A program made the position numbers and the translations under genes. This document shows, in pieces, positions 1-8,919 of a stretch of DNA of 64,000 nucleotides; position 1 is the stretch's first letter; each line of letters opens with the position of its first letter. The stretch is from an uncultured Ruminiclostridium sp. (lineage in GTDB: Bacteria > Bacillota > Clostridia > Oscillospirales > Ruminococcaceae), in contig CAZWRZ010000013.1 in NCBI GenBank assembly GCA_964636555.1, positions 116 through 64,115 of the forward strand. Direction: 5' to 3'. Under the pieces are notes generated by a model that ran no database searches, had not been told where the DNA came from, and saw nothing but the letters and a program-made list of their open reading frames with translations.

Positions 1-1921
1 CCTGAGAGCCTTCTTGCTGTTTCTGCTCCTCAAATGTTTCATTTTGAACGCTCTCGCCTTCTTGCCTGTCCTGGGCGCTTTGCTTCTTCTGCTCCTCAAA
101 CGTTTCATTTTGAACGCTCTCGTCCTCCTGCTTGTCCTGGGCGCTTTGCTTCTTCTGCTCCTCAAACGTTTCATTCTGAACGCTTTCGCCTTCTTGCTTG
201 TCCTGAGTGCTTTGCATCTTCTGCTCCTCAAACGTTTCATTTTGAACGCTCTCGCCGGCTTGCTTGATTATCGTTTCCACCGCTGCTCCCGAAATGGGTG
301 TAAAGTCGCTCGTCAGATTGCAAGCAGAAGCGTGAGAGCGCATCCAGTAAAGATAAGTCGTACCGGGACGCACCGAAAAATCCCGAAAGCTTTTTGCTGA
401 AGCAACCACTGTACCGATATAAGTGCGTGCTTCGCCGATTTCCATACGGAAAATACGATAACTGGACACACGGCTTACCTTGTCGTCAGGATTCGGCGCA
501 GGCGTCCAAGTAAGTTCCACATGCCCGTCAACATACACTGCCTTGAGATCCGCAGGCGGCAAAACGACGATACCTCGCTTGTCCTCTTCCCAAACTACCT
601 CAGCGCCCTTCGGTATGATGAGGGAGCTGCTCTCCTTCACGCAGCCCGGAATGATGATCTTCTTGGGGTGACTGTCCTGAAAACAGTTTTTGTCCATCGC
701 AGTCACTGTCTTGCCGTTGATGGACGCAGGAACAGTTACAATTTCCTCGTCCAAGCCATAGCCGGTAAGCGTTATGTGATCGCAGTATTCCTTGTAATCC
801 CAACTCCAGGTTGCTCCACGCTTATAGAAGTACAAAAGTAAATACTCATCCAGTATCTGCTCCGTATATTCTCCGAAAGGGAGTGCTCCTATACACTGGT
901 ATATTCTTACGCCTCCGCGGGGATTCATTTCCACCAGAATGGGGCGGCCTTCCTCCGTTATTGCAACATCCCACGACATTTGCTTAAACATGGGTACCTT
1001 AAAGTGAAGCTTTTTGACAAAATCAATCGCCTTATCTACTCCGTAAAGTTTGTGACCGGCAAACTGAAATCCGTCGGGGTGAACATCATACCTCCTGCCA
1101 GAGTGATCAATTCCATAATCCATACATGTTCCGTCTGCGTATACGCCGCAAGCGATACCGCCCTGTGTAAAATTATCCACCTCTGTTCCCTTGCATCCCA
1201 TTCTGAACATAATCGCCAAAACGATTACTTCCTGATTATACAAAAATGTTATAATGCGCAGAGTGTTGACCGAGTCCCCTCCCTTCAGGACAAAACTCTC
1301 GTGAGGCTTGATTATTTTTTCAATAATGAGGTCATCTTTCGTAAATTTGGCAAAGGTTCCCGATATACTTTTTTCGCTATCTCCCTGCCGCAGGAACAAT
1401 ATACCCGTTCCTCCGCCTCCGGGAGTAGGCTTTACAATAAGCTTTTCGTGGCTTTGTAAATATTCCGTTGCAGTGTTTATCGCACCGCCAAGACCGATAA
1501 CATTATAATCCCCGTCATACCATATGCCCTTGATCCGACGCAGCAGCGCCTCGGAGCAGTTTTCTTTTCCAAATAGACATTCGCGGTAGTTTTTATTGTG
1601 AAACGCAGTGTGATAATCGGGGTTGTCATAAAAACGGAACATATAATATGCGTTCAAGCCCTCCCCACAGTACCGCGGGTCAAACTTGCCCGACATATAG
1701 CTGAAATATTCCTGAACCCGCGGGTCATTCTGATACGCAAAGCTGTATTTCCCCCAAAAGTCGTTTACTTGCTTTAGCTGTTCTTCCGTCAGCTTGACGG
1801 GAGGTTCAAGATCGTGTTTTCTCCAGTACTCATCGGTAGCCTTGGTTAATCTCATCACTGCACGATTACGGATCTCTGCATTAACCATGGAATAAATGCG
1901 CTTGGCAATCAAATCATCCAT
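1..1921 (-). CDS. Sugar-transfer-associated ATP-grasp protein fused to a BspA/LRR-like segment, an FN3-like domain and 22-aa repeats (3' end runs off the window)
   Basis: Not in the ORF track (no stop in window). Hand translation from ATG 1921 is open to position 1: MDDLIAKRIY...LIVKP...VNTLRIIT...MFRMG...VDNFTQGG...SWDVAITEEGRPILVEMN (ATP-grasp_ST-like), then VTVPASINGKTVTAMDKNCF, VELTWTPAP...YRIFR...YLYWMRS, then repeats. Confidence 0.8.
   Translation of the reverse strand, partial: MDDLIAKRIYSMVNAEIRNRAVMRLTKATDEYWRKHDLEPPVKLTEEQLKQVNDFWGKYSFAYQNDPRVQEYFSYMSGKFDPRYCGEGLNAYYMFRFYDNPDYHTAFHNKNYRECLFGKENCSEALLRRIKGIWYDGDYNVIGLGGAINTATEYLQSHEKLIVKPTPGGGGTGILFLRQGDSEKSISGTFAKFTKDDLIIEKIIKPHESFVLKGGDSVNTLRIITFLYNQEVIVLAIMFRMGCKGTEVDNFTQGGIACGVYADGTCMDYGIDHSGRRYDVHPDGFQFAGHKLYGVDKAIDFVKKLHFKVPMFKQMSWDVAITEEGRPILVEMNPRGGVRIYQCIGALPFGEYTEQILDEYLLLYFYKRGATWSWDYKEYCDHITLTGYGLDEEIVTVPASINGKTVTAMDKNCFQDSHPKKIIIPGCVKESSSLIIPKGAEVVWEEDKRGIVVLPPADLKAVYVDGHVELTWTPAPNPDDKVSRVSSYRIFRMEIGEARTYIGTVVASAKSFRDFSVRPGTTYLYWMRSHASACNLTSDFTPISGAAVETIIKQAGESVQNETFEEQKMQSTQDKQEGESVQNETFEEQKKQSAQDKQEDESVQNETFEEQKKQSAQDRQEGESVQNETFEEQKQQEGSQ
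21..257 (-). repeat. Coding tandem repeat, 66-bp unit, about 4 copies visible (KQEGESVQNETFEEQKxQSAQD-like)
   Basis: TTCTGCTCCTCAAA recurs at 21, 87, 153 and 219, in frame with the 1921 ORF. Confidence 0.95.
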
Positions 1922-2024
1922 TTTTTTATCCTTTCTTTGCTTGGGGTTTCGCCCTCTGCGAATGGTGATCAAAGGGCGGCGCCCTTTTTACAGCCCCTTT
2001 TATAATATAATTTTTGTACGGTAT

Positions 2025-2666
2025 TTACGCCTTTTGTGCAGTTTTTGCTGTAAGCTTGGGCATTACAAATTTTGCCAAAACCTTTGCAATAGCTGCACCC
2101 ACAATAAAGCTTACGATTGCTTCTACTACTCCGTTTACTCCGACAAATCCTACAAGGAACGCCCAAATCGTGTCAGTTGCGATTCCCCATTCGGTCATTT
2201 TGCCAATAAACGCATCGTTACGCCAAAACAGAATTATAATACTTCCCATAAAAAATACGGTATTCAGCAGCGCAATCGAAAGACTTGATACGGCGTATGA
2301 GAGTATTTTGGTTTTGTCGATATTTCTGAGAGCTTTAAAAATAAGTCCGCCGAAAAAGCCGCAGAGTACGCGGGGAACAAGGCAGATGAGAAATGTAAGT
2401 ACAGGGTTCAGGCTCAACATGAAAACTCCGAACGCAGACATTCCAAAGCATTGGATAAAGCTTGTAATTCCAAATACCCCGCCTAAAATTGCTCCGCATG
2501 CAGGACCTAAAAGTATAGCTCCCACTGCAACAGGAATGGTCATAAAGGTGATTTCGATAATTCCCACCTTCAAGTAACCAATAGGTGTAAATGCGAATAC
2601 TATCAAAATTGCAGTAAGAACTCCCATTTGCACCAGCTTAAGCGTTTTTTCTCTTGTGTTTGACAT
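2025..2666 (-). CDS. ECF transporter S component, PanT-like (pantothenate)
   Basis: Hydrophobic about 213 aa, FTPIGYL...ITFMTIPVAVGAILLGP motif, AGGAGG SD before ATG 2666, directly downstream of coaX. Confidence 0.8.
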   Translation of the reverse strand: MSNTREKTLKLVQMGVLTAILIVFAFTPIGYLKVGIIEITFMTIPVAVGAILLGPACGAILGGVFGITSFIQCFGMSAFGVFMLSLNPVLTFLICLVPRVLCGFFGGLIFKALRNIDKTKILSYAVSSLSIALLNTVFFMGSIIILFWRNDAFIGKMTEWGIATDTIWAFLVGFVGVNGVVEAIVSFIVGAAIAKVLAKFVMPKLTAKTAQKA

Positions 2667-2748
2667 AATAATCCTCCTTTGCTGAAGCCCCCTTATGTCA
2701 GGAGGTGCCTCGCAGGGTTTTATATTTACGGCTTTCGCCGTGACCCTC
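2667..2748 (-). promoter_or_regulatory. Candidate structured cis-regulatory RNA between coaX and the S-component gene
   Basis: AGGGT/ACCCT stem enclosing ACGGC-GAAA-GCCGT; second hairpin holds CCTCCT, complementary to the downstream AGGAGG SD. Confidence 0.4.
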
Positions 2749-3523
2749 ATTTTTTCAAATTCTTGCTGTTTTTATCATAAATAATTTTAAGCCCCTTCAA
2801 AACCAACTGCTTGTCAATAATAAAATCATTCCTGCAATAATCCTTGATAAGCGAGCCGAAACCGCCCGTAACCACTACCGTAGACTTGCCCAGCTGCTCC
2901 TGAAAGCTGTCGATAAAGAAGTCCAGCATACCTGCATGACCGTAAAGGATACCCGAACGCATACAGTCCACGGTATTGGTGCCTATTACGTTAGTTTTTC
3001 CCTCCAAACTTATCATAGGCAGGGACATTGTGCCGCTTGCCAGAGCCTCAAGTGATATCTTTATACCGGGGGCGATAATTCCGCCGATAAACGCGCCGTC
3101 CTTGTTGACCGCATACACCTTTGAAGCAGTACCCAGATCTATTACTATGCAGGGCAGCGGGTATAATTCCCTTGCAGCCGCACCGCCGCAGGCAAGGTCT
3201 GCTCCAAGGGTGGAAGGGTCGTCGATAAGAATGTTAAGTCCTGTCTTGACTCCTGCGCCCACTATAACAGGCTCCACACCGAATACCCTTTTCACCGCCG
3301 CCTTAAGCTGATCCGATACGGGAGGAACTACCGAGGAGATGACCGCCCCCTCGATGTCCGAAATTTTAAGCCCGTAAAGGTTGAAAAGCTGTGCAAGAGT
3401 TACGGCGTACTGGTCTGCCATACGGTTTTTGTCGGTGTCCATGCGGGATTCAAGAACCACCTTGTCACCGTTAAAGATGCCGTAAACGATATTGGTATTT
3501 CCTATGTCAACTGTAAGTATCAT
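2747..3523 (-). CDS. coaX: Type III pantothenate kinase
   Basis: MILTVDIGNTN, LGADL, IVIDLGTA, GGIIAPG, LVLKGL motifs. Confidence 0.95.
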   Translation of the reverse strand: MILTVDIGNTNIVYGIFNGDKVVLESRMDTDKNRMADQYAVTLAQLFNLYGLKISDIEGAVISSVVPPVSDQLKAAVKRVFGVEPVIVGAGVKTGLNILIDDPSTLGADLACGGAAARELYPLPCIVIDLGTASKVYAVNKDGAFIGGIIAPGIKISLEALASGTMSLPMISLEGKTNVIGTNTVDCMRSGILYGHAGMLDFFIDSFQEQLGKSTVVVTGGFGSLIKDYCRNDFIIDKQLVLKGLKIIYDKNSKNLKK

Positions 3524-3529
3524 AAAATT

Positions 3530-6500
3530 TTATCCTTTTTTGTTTCCGTTATTCTTCTTTTCTTTTTCTATTGGGGCATCTTCGCCGTTTTCCTCCGATT
3601 TCTCGGATTCTTTTTCCGAAGCTTCTGCTTTATCGGTGTCCTTTGCCTTCTGCTCGTCTGCAGGTTCGGAAGCTTTGTTACCGGCTGCTTTTTCTTCTTT
3701 TACTTCTTTATCCCGGTTATCGTTTTTTCTGTCTTTTCTATCCTTCGTTATATCGTCATTATCCTTTGCGGCAACGTCCCCGTTCCCGTTTTCGTCATCG
3801 CCGTCAAGCTCCGCAAATTCGTCCTCGTCATATTCGTCGTTGATCTTTCCTTCTCTGTAAAGCTTTCTTTCAGCAAGGTCAGCCTCCTTAAAAGCCTTAA
3901 GTTCAAGGTTAGCCGCTCCGCTGTATATTGTTTGGAGATGTTCGCGGCGGCGTTTTCTGTCCTCGGGATTGCGCTTGAGCCACAGTATTACAAGACCCGC
4001 AAATATGATAATTCCCGCAATGCTGATAATTACTGCAGCAGGATAGCCCGCGGTGGTGAATTTCATTTCTACGGTATGCTCGCCTGCGGTAAGAGGTACG
4101 CAGATAAGGGAATCAACCGTTTCGGTATAGTCGGTTTTAACTCCGTCCACATAAACCTTCCAGCCCTTTTCAACGGGAATGGTGGTGAAGAAGGTCATAT
4201 CTCTGTCGCACTTCACCTTGCTCACTACCTTTGTGGGGGATGCAAGCTCGCAGGTGGTGTCCTTGTTAAGCTCCAGAAGCTCGGTAAGACCCTTCTGCAT
4301 CATTTCATCGCTGCCTATGGCAAATTCCGCTTCACGGAAGTAAAGGTTATCCTTCATAAGGGTAAAGGTCACGTTGATCTTTTCGTCCTTTTTGAATTCG
4401 CCCAGCATTCTCATGTAATTGTTGTCGCCTTCAAAATACTTGCCGATATAGCTGCTGTTGACTCTTACCTCGATTTCTCTTTCATAGGTGGAGGGAAGGT
4501 ACATATACAGCTTTCCGTCCTTGGGCATGGTAAAATCGTAGGAAAGGGAAGCGCTGTTGCTTGTATTTATCTTTTTGTAGCTGTGGTGTTCGTCAGAGGT
4601 GTTTCCCGCGCTGACGTTTGTGGAGTTGAATTCCATATTGGTAATTCTCGAATAGTATTCATAATCCTTGCCGATAAGGGTGTTCAGCAGCTCTGTCTGA
4701 GCGGCGAAGGGGTCGTGTTCGGTAAGGTGCAGCTCTGCCGTTTCCTTTTCTCCCAGATAGCTTATAGGCAGTGCGTATTCGTTTTTCTCAACGGAGATTT
4801 CCTTGCCGTTTCTCAGGTCGGTGGTGGTATTGTTGGCGGTGCTTAATTCATACTTTACGCCGAACAGGCTTGATGTAATAATGGTAGCTCCGCTGTATCT
4901 TGTGTAATGGCTTTTTGCGGTAAAGCCAAGACGCTTCAGCAGATCAATGGGCTTTGCGTTTAAGGTAGAGGAGCTGTGGGAAAGACCGTACATATTTGCC
5001 GCCAAGGGGTCGTTTACGGTGCGGAAGAACAGCTTTTCAATACGGTAAAAGCCGTCATCCTCTTCCTTTATCTCGTTTACCTTGTCTCTCAGGGGAAGAA
5101 TTACGTCCAGATAGCTTGCGCGGTTGGAATAAACTATATCCCTGTGCTGGGTGTAGATCTGTGTAGCGGTGTTGTAAATCGCCTCGCTGCAAATCACGCC
5201 TATGATAATGAAGGAGAAAACGCGGGGGCGGTTTCTGCGGAAATCCATATTGAAGCTTCTTCGCAGCTGCAAAACCACCGCTGTAATTGTAAACAGAATT
5301 ATGATTGCGGGGAGAATGGTGGCAAAGTTATCCAATGTATCTCTGCCGTTGTTCAGGTCTTCTACGAAGTTGTCCGCATTTTCCTGATAGATCATTATGC
5401 CGAACCAAACCAGGGCGGTAACTCCGATAATCTTGGTGTTGATCTCCTTGATACGGTCGAATACCGTAGCCGCAAGCACCGTCATAATAAAGGATATCAT
5501 AAACGAATAGCGGTAGGGCAGCCAGTTGGGCATTTGTCCGCCGTGCCACATCATATCCACAGGGCGGATATACATGGAAAGAACCAGTATCATAAGCACC
5601 GCCGCATAGCCTATTCTTTCGCTGCGTCTTATCTTGTGGCAGAAGAAATAGGATGGAATAAGCAAAACGGTGATAGTACCGCAGTAAAGGAAGGGAAGTC
5701 CCGACATACGGACGGTATCGTAGCTGTTGGGCAGAATTTTGTCAAGCAGCTCGATAAAGGGGAAGTTTTCCTTTAGGCTGTAATCGGGAGTTGAAAAGGA
5801 CAGCTTGCCGTAGGACAGCGACTCGTACACAGGGATCAGCATAAAGGCGGATATCATGACCGCCACTATACCAAGTCCCAGGATCGAAAACGCTATCTTG
5901 AAAAATTTCTCCCTTGCCTCGCTGTTTTTGGTGATGATCATATACAGCATAAAGTAGATTACAGAGAATATGGCAAGCATAAAGCCGATGTAAAAGCAGG
6001 TGACAAAGCCGTAGACCCAAGCGAACATTAGAAGTCTGAATCTTCTCTGGTCTACAAAGCGCTCAATACCCAAGCAAATAATGGGCAGAATCATAACTCC
6101 GTCCAGCCACATGGGGTTCATGGTCTGAACAACAGTATAGGCGCAAAGGGAATAGCAAATGCTGAAAATAACGGTGGAAAGCTTGGTGCATTTTCTTGAG
6201 CGGGAAAGGTAGATTGACATACAAAGTCCGATAGCGCCCACCTTTGTACACATCATAGTCAGCAGTCCGTCAAGGATATGAGCGCGGGGAAACAGCCACA
6301 CGATAAGGTTAAATGGGCTGCCCAGATAGTAGCCGATGATGCCCATCCACTCTCCCGAAAGGTTTCTGCTCCATGAGTAGAAAATACTTTCGTCTCCGTA
6401 CAGAACATCGTACATGTGATCGTAATAATAAACATACTGTCCGTTAAGGTCAAGGGACAGTACGCTCTGTTTTCCCACAGGAAAAACTCCGAAGATAAAG

Positions 6501-6652
6501 TAGCTTGTCAAAAGAATAAGCGCAGGCAGCAGGAAGGACAGCCACATCTGGTTTTCCTTCTTGAAAAAGTGCGCTATTCCGTTTCGGGTGTAGCCCCAAT
6601 ACTCCTTGACTACATCGCCGAAGCCTTTTTTTGCCGCAGCCGTTGAGGTCAT
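3530..6652 (-). CDS. yfhO: YfhO-family polytopic membrane glycosyltransferase with a charged C-terminal tail
   Basis: DLNGQYVYYY, YYLGSPFN, NPMWLDG, WLPYRYSF, TTIPVEKGWKVYVDG motifs; about 150-aa E/K/D-rich tail. Confidence 0.9.
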   Translation of the reverse strand: MTSTAAAKKGFGDVVKEYWGYTRNGIAHFFKKENQMWLSFLLPALILLTSYFIFGVFPVGKQSVLSLDLNGQYVYYYDHMYDVLYGDESIFYSWSRNLSGEWMGIIGYYLGSPFNLIVWLFPRAHILDGLLTMMCTKVGAIGLCMSIYLSRSRKCTKLSTVIFSICYSLCAYTVVQTMNPMWLDGVMILPIICLGIERFVDQRRFRLLMFAWVYGFVTCFYIGFMLAIFSVIYFMLYMIITKNSEAREKFFKIAFSILGLGIVAVMISAFMLIPVYESLSYGKLSFSTPDYSLKENFPFIELLDKILPNSYDTVRMSGLPFLYCGTITVLLIPSYFFCHKIRRSERIGYAAVLMILVLSMYIRPVDMMWHGGQMPNWLPYRYSFMISFIMTVLAATVFDRIKEINTKIIGVTALVWFGIMIYQENADNFVEDLNNGRDTLDNFATILPAIIILFTITAVVLQLRRSFNMDFRRNRPRVFSFIIIGVICSEAIYNTATQIYTQHRDIVYSNRASYLDVILPLRDKVNEIKEEDDGFYRIEKLFFRTVNDPLAANMYGLSHSSSTLNAKPIDLLKRLGFTAKSHYTRYSGATIITSSLFGVKYELSTANNTTTDLRNGKEISVEKNEYALPISYLGEKETAELHLTEHDPFAAQTELLNTLIGKDYEYYSRITNMEFNSTNVSAGNTSDEHHSYKKINTSNSASLSYDFTMPKDGKLYMYLPSTYEREIEVRVNSSYIGKYFEGDNNYMRMLGEFKKDEKINVTFTLMKDNLYFREAEFAIGSDEMMQKGLTELLELNKDTTCELASPTKVVSKVKCDRDMTFFTTIPVEKGWKVYVDGVKTDYTETVDSLICVPLTAGEHTVEMKFTTAGYPAAVIISIAGIIIFAGLVILWLKRNPEDRKRRREHLQTIYSGAANLELKAFKEADLAERKLYREGKINDEYDEDEFAELDGDDENGNGDVAAKDNDDITKDRKDRKNDNRDKEVKEEKAAGNKASEPADEQKAKDTDKAEASEKESEKSEENGEDAPIEKEKKNNGNKKG

Positions 6653-6718
6653 TTTTTCTTTCCTTTCCGAAAAGCCGTTACGGTGAGTTTTTTGCGGCTT
6701 TTCTTTAAGATTCTTGAT

Positions 6719-7122
6719 GGGGCTGTAAAAAGACAGCCCCCTTTATTTTATGCTCTTAAGAAACTTGTGCTGATTTATGGTTCTCTCAAAAAAGTTGTGT
6801 TGATTTGTGGTTCTCTCAGAAAAGTTGTGCTGATTTGTGGTTCTCTCAGGAAAGTTGTGCTGATTTGGGTTCTCTCAAGGCAGTTGGCGGTAATTTACTG
6901 ATTTAAAAAGAATTTCAAAACCGTAAACATTTTAAAATTACTTGAAAAACTGGGTAATTTTAAAATGTTTACTATCCGACCGAGTTTGGAGTTTTTGCTT
7001 GAAAAGCTGGGCAAAAACTCCAAACTCAGTCGATTTTTGAATTTCGTGCTATCAGAACAGTTGTGAGAGTGGAAACCCGCTTTTAGATATGTAGTACAGA
7101 TTTTACGGTTTTTTACAGCCCC
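6719..7122 (+). repeat. Modular intergenic element, family 1 copy A
   Basis: Four 30-bp units (6761-6880); core CTGAT...ATCAG 6898-7055 with perfect 18-bp (6923-6972) and 17-bp (6982-7027) hairpins, both with CTTGAAAARCTGGG loops; 13-bp inverted ends GGGGCTGTAAAAA/TTTTTACAGCCCC. Confidence 0.95.
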
Positions 7123-7289
7123 GCTTTTTGCCTGTTTATATTAAACGAATCACCGTCTGTATTTTCACAGCATAAATTCAATTTCCAATTCGCTTTCGTG
7201 TTCCCGATGCGTCCCAACCGAAAACTTTTGATTATTTGCAGATACTGATATTATATGTCTTTTTTCTCTGCTGCCTTACAAATAAGAAT

Positions 7290-7790
7290 TTATAAAACGC
7301 GTTGGGCTACAACTACGGTATAGTTATCGGTATCATAAGTAATCCCGGTTTCCGTAAAATTGTTTTTATGCCAAAAATGCTCCGATTGAGGATTTCCCTT
7401 TGCCCAGCCAAGCCGAACGCTTGAAAATCCGATATCGGTCAGATAGCAGCACAAATCATCAATAATACCGCTTCCGATTCCGGTGTTTTGGACCGACGCC
7501 GCTGTCATAAAGAATCCTATGAAAGCAGTTTTCTCATCAGGGTATGCCATAATAAGATCCATTACAGCAATCAGCTTGTCTCCTTTGTAGTACCCCACAT
7601 AATATTTATCTGACATTTCTTTGTTTGGAGGCAGAGCCTTCATATCATCAAGAATACTCTGCTCCGTCACAAATGGCGGACAGTATTGATAAAACAAGCC
7701 GTTTTTACTGCACAACAGGTATATATCTTTGACATCCGCTTTATCCATGCGGCGCACATCATAATCATCAGAAAAAAGGGATATATCCAT
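7290..7790 (-). CDS. GNAT family N-acetyltransferase
   Basis: FIGFFM...VQNTGIGS acetyl-CoA motif, VRLGWAKGNPQSEHFWHKNNF. Confidence 0.9.
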   Translation of the reverse strand: MDISLFSDDYDVRRMDKADVKDIYLLCSKNGLFYQYCPPFVTEQSILDDMKALPPNKEMSDKYYVGYYKGDKLIAVMDLIMAYPDEKTAFIGFFMTAASVQNTGIGSGIIDDLCCYLTDIGFSSVRLGWAKGNPQSEHFWHKNNFTETGITYDTDNYTVVVAQRVL

Positions 7791-7971
7791 TTATGTCACC
7801 TTCACAAATCCGATTTGCGGATTACTATACGGTCAATAAAATAATTCACGGCGCAAAGCAAGTTATATATTCATTCCATTCACTTGGGAACCCGAAGTCG
7901 GATTGGAACAAATCCAAAAGCCTCCAATAAATTCTCAAATCCGAATATATTGCATTTCCGACAATAGGGAA

Positions 7972-8883
7972 CTATTTTTCGGAATCGGTATCTATGGAAA
8001 CAATATACCGCGGTCTGCCTTTGATCTCCTCATATATTTTGCTCAGATAATATCCGATGACTCCAAGTGCAAGCATTATAAGTGAGCTTGAAAACAGCAG
8101 TACGGGGATTATGCCGTTTTGTGGTATTCCTTGACACAATCTTACTATCGAAATGATTCCCGTGACTATTGACGCAAACAGGAAAATAAAGCCGAAAACC
8201 GTCACAAGGTGTAAGGGCGCATTTGTAAAGCCGGTGAGGTTTGATATTGCGAATTTAAACAGCTTTTTGAAATTCCACTTGCTTGCTCCCGCATTTCTCG
8301 GAGCAACATTGAACTCTATCTTTGTTGTTTTAAAGCCTACCCATGAGGACAGAGCCCTGTAAAAGGTTATCCTTTCGGGCAGCTCGTTAAGCGCGTCTAT
8401 GACCTGTCTGTCCATAAGCTTATAGTCGCTGGCGCCGTTCATGTCGATGTTGGAGGAGCTTTTCATCATTCCGTAAAAGCTTTTTGCGAAAAATCCGTAA
8501 ATGGGGCTTTCCTTTCCTCTTGAAGCCTTCACTGCTTCAACCACCTGCCAGCCTTGCTTCCACAGATTGTGCATTTCAACCATAAGCTTGGGCGGGTGCT
8601 GCAGATCACAGTCTATAACAACGGCGCAGTCTCCCTTGCAGTGCTTCAAGCCTGCAAAGATCGCCCCTTCCTTGCCGAAATTGCGTGAAAACTTCAAGCC
8701 CCTTACCGATTTGTTCTTTTCTGCAAGACCTTCTATAAGCTCCCAAGTCCTGTCCCGTGAGCCGTCGTCCACGAAAAAAATTTCGCAGTCTATATTATTT
8801 TCTTCCATAATACCGCCTATCACATTGGCGGTATTTTCAATGTTTTCCTCCTCGTTGTAAGAAGGAATTATTATTGACATCAT
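7972..8883 (-). CDS. GT2 polyprenyl-phosphate glycosyltransferase (GtrB/YkcC-like)
   Basis: IIIPSYNEEENI, VDDGSRD, FSRNFGKE, DCDLQHPP, two C-terminal TM helices, RPRY tail. Confidence 0.92.
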   Translation of the reverse strand: MMSIIIPSYNEEENIENTANVIGGIMEENNIDCEIFFVDDGSRDRTWELIEGLAEKNKSVRGLKFSRNFGKEGAIFAGLKHCKGDCAVVIDCDLQHPPKLMVEMHNLWKQGWQVVEAVKASRGKESPIYGFFAKSFYGMMKSSSNIDMNGASDYKLMDRQVIDALNELPERITFYRALSSWVGFKTTKIEFNVAPRNAGASKWNFKKLFKFAISNLTGFTNAPLHLVTVFGFIFLFASIVTGIISIVRLCQGIPQNGIIPVLLFSSSLIMLALGVIGYYLSKIYEEIKGRPRYIVSIDTDSEK

Positions 8884-8919
8884 GGTTTTTTAAATCTCCT
8901 TTTTGAGAAAGCCGTCAGG

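Noticed and set aside
14-400. Leu-rich plus-strand ORF resembling a membrane protein
   Set aside because: Antisense shadow of the 66-bp coding repeat in the minus-strand gene.
6761-6880. 30-bp tandem units as a CRISPR array
   Set aside because: Units abut without unique spacers, drift in sequence, and there are no cas genes; they are part of family 1.
6683-6901. ORF with KVVLICGSLR repeats
   Set aside because: Translation of the non-coding 30-bp units; no SD and not preserved in other copies.
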